From the NCBI RefSeq assembly GCF_000018305.1, contig NC_009954.1:1950001-1982000 (forward strand): a stretch of DNA of 32,000 bases, given 5' to 3'. This document shows positions 31,060 to 32,000 of the stretch, in pieces. Origin of the DNA: Caldivirga maquilingensis IC-167. Its GTDB lineage: Archaea > Thermoproteota > Thermoprotei > Thermoproteales > Thermocladiaceae. Numbering within the stretch: the first letter of the stretch is position 1; every line of letters begins with the position of its first letter. The notes under the pieces were generated by a model. The model did not search any database and was not told the origin of the DNA. It was given only the letters and a program-made list of their open reading frames with translations. The position numbers and the translations under genes are program-made.

Positions 31060-31728
31060 TCACGTAACCCCCACTGTCCTGCTTAAAACACCCCACTCAC
31101 CCAGTAACCCACTCAACTTGAATTCACTGATGCATGAGTCCTGGGGGTTAATGAATGACTCCACTGCGCAGTCCAGGTAATTCATGAAGGTTCCCACATC
31201 ACCGTTAACTAACCCTCCATTAACCATGGTGTTCCAATGATTAACGAAGGCCCTGAACCTCTCCTTAGCAGCCTTAGACCCAACAGCGTACTCACTCTCC
31301 TTAGTTAAGTCAACAATGGATCCATTACCCACCCCAGGGCAGTAGCCCACAGCCTTATCATAAAGCTCAAAGTGCAGTACCTCCCCACTCCAGTGGTATA
31401 TGAATGGGTAAAATCTGCATGTTAATGGTTTGAAGGAGTTTATACTACATATCATTTTACCATCCCTCCATTCATTGAATATGCATGAACCATCAATCCT
31501 CTTCCTAAGCACTAGGTAATACTGCCCATCCTTAAGCCTAATCCTAGGTGATTGCCAGTCCCCGGCAACATTAGCGTTGTATAGGGCTGTTACTTGACTT
31601 GGCTTAAGCTTAGTATTAATGAATATTTCAACCAAATCATCCAAAGTCACGGTTATCCAATACCTCCTACAGCATTCACCGCAAAGCGTGCATTTGAACC
31701 TTACCTTTGGTTGAGTGAATGATACCAT
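31060..31728 (-). CDS. YkgJ/UPF0153-family putative zinc- or iron-chelating protein (CxxCxxCC)
   Basis: The N-terminal CTLCGECC is followed by GSCIFNEW...ICSINSFKPLTCRFYPF, following the UPF0153 cysteine pattern. Confidence 0.5.
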   Translation of the reverse strand: MVSFTQPKVRFKCTLCGECCRRYWITVTLDDLVEIFINTKLKPSQVTALYNANVAGDWQSPRIRLKDGQYYLVLRKRIDGSCIFNEWRDGKMICSINSFKPLTCRFYPFIYHWSGEVLHFELYDKAVGYCPGVGNGSIVDLTKESEYAVGSKAAKERFRAFVNHWNTMVNGGLVNGDVGTFMNYLDCAVESFINPQDSCISEFKLSGLLGEWGVLSRTVGVT

Positions 31729-31731
31729 AAT

Positions 31732-32000
31732 TCACTTAACCATGAAGTACCTTAAACACCCATTACTCTGCCTCTTACCAATCACTAATACACCATCCTC
31801 ACTGGCATTCAACACGTAATCCTCCCCCTCCCCTCCAGTGCATTGGAGGCCTAGGAGCATTAATGATGGGGCCTCCTCGGATACAGCTGACTTAAGCCTA
31901 CTGGCCAAGGCCTTAACAGGCTCCATTAGGCTTAGGCTAAGCGGTAGGTCAACACCCACTGAGCCCTCATCAATCTCCACAACCTCAGCTGGCTCAAGGC
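31732..32000 (-). CDS. Hypothetical protein, 5' end probably outside the window
   Basis: The reading frame stays open from 31980 to the window edge (..LEPAEVVEIDEG..). The stop lies 3 nt before the downstream YkgJ-like start, suggesting an operon. Confidence 0.35.
   Translation of the reverse strand, partial: LEPAEVVEIDEGSVGVDLPLSLSLMEPVKALASRLKSAVSEEAPSLMLLGLQCTGGEGEDYVLNASEDGVLVIGKRQSNGCLRYFMVK

Noticed and set aside
1-32000. Searched by eye for CRISPR arrays, IS elements or transposases, integrases, and tRNA or rRNA genes
   Set aside because: I saw no periodic direct repeats with spacers, no transposase or integrase-like ORFs, and no T-loop (GGTTCRAATCC-like) or cloverleaf signatures in any intergenic region. 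I cannot run tRNAscan-SE or Infernal, so small or intron-containing RNA genes could have been missed.

Overview
The window reads as a compact chromosomal segment of a hyperthermophilic crenarchaeon. Composition and gene set look Thermoproteales-like (Caldivirga/Vulcanisaeta type), but that assignment is inference only. Supporting features are an archaeal-type AlaRS, AsnRS, ribosomal proteins eL15 and eL38, an A-type ATPase proteolipid, an Lhr helicase, endonuclease III, a Pcc1-like KEOPS subunit, and TATA-like boxes about 25-33 nt upstream of start codons, which implies leaderless or near-leaderless mRNAs. I support about 31 protein genes, two candidate C/D box sRNAs and several promoter elements. 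I recognised no rRNA, tRNA, CRISPR array, transposase or integrase. Most of the window is housekeeping. Seven things deserve a second look. (1) At the left edge, a four-gene translationally coupled operon encodes sequon-dense proteins nearly free of charged residues; two have clear type IV prepilin-like N-termini, so this may be an uncharacterised surface filament or adhesin module. (2) A Rad50-like SMC-superfamily ATPase sits away from any mre11/herA/nurA genes. It carries a CPVH variant in place of the CPVC zinc hook and is ATGA-coupled to a 54-aa ORF missing from the ORF track. (3) A 968-aa heparinase II/III-like protein with no signal peptide is followed by two Opp/Dpp-type ABC ATPases with no permease or binding protein. 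(4) A UPF0309-type SIS protein is paired with a DUF1343/NamZ-like glycosidase in an organism expected to lack murein. (5) A 370-aa protein with a nucleoside 2-deoxyribosyltransferase-like C-terminal domain overlaps an EndoV-fold DUF99 gene. (6) The motif AATGCT(T/A) followed by an A/T run recurs at promoters. (7) A 247-nt intergenic region contains an unexplained GC-rich core. All functional calls come from motif recognition by eye. No database search was run.
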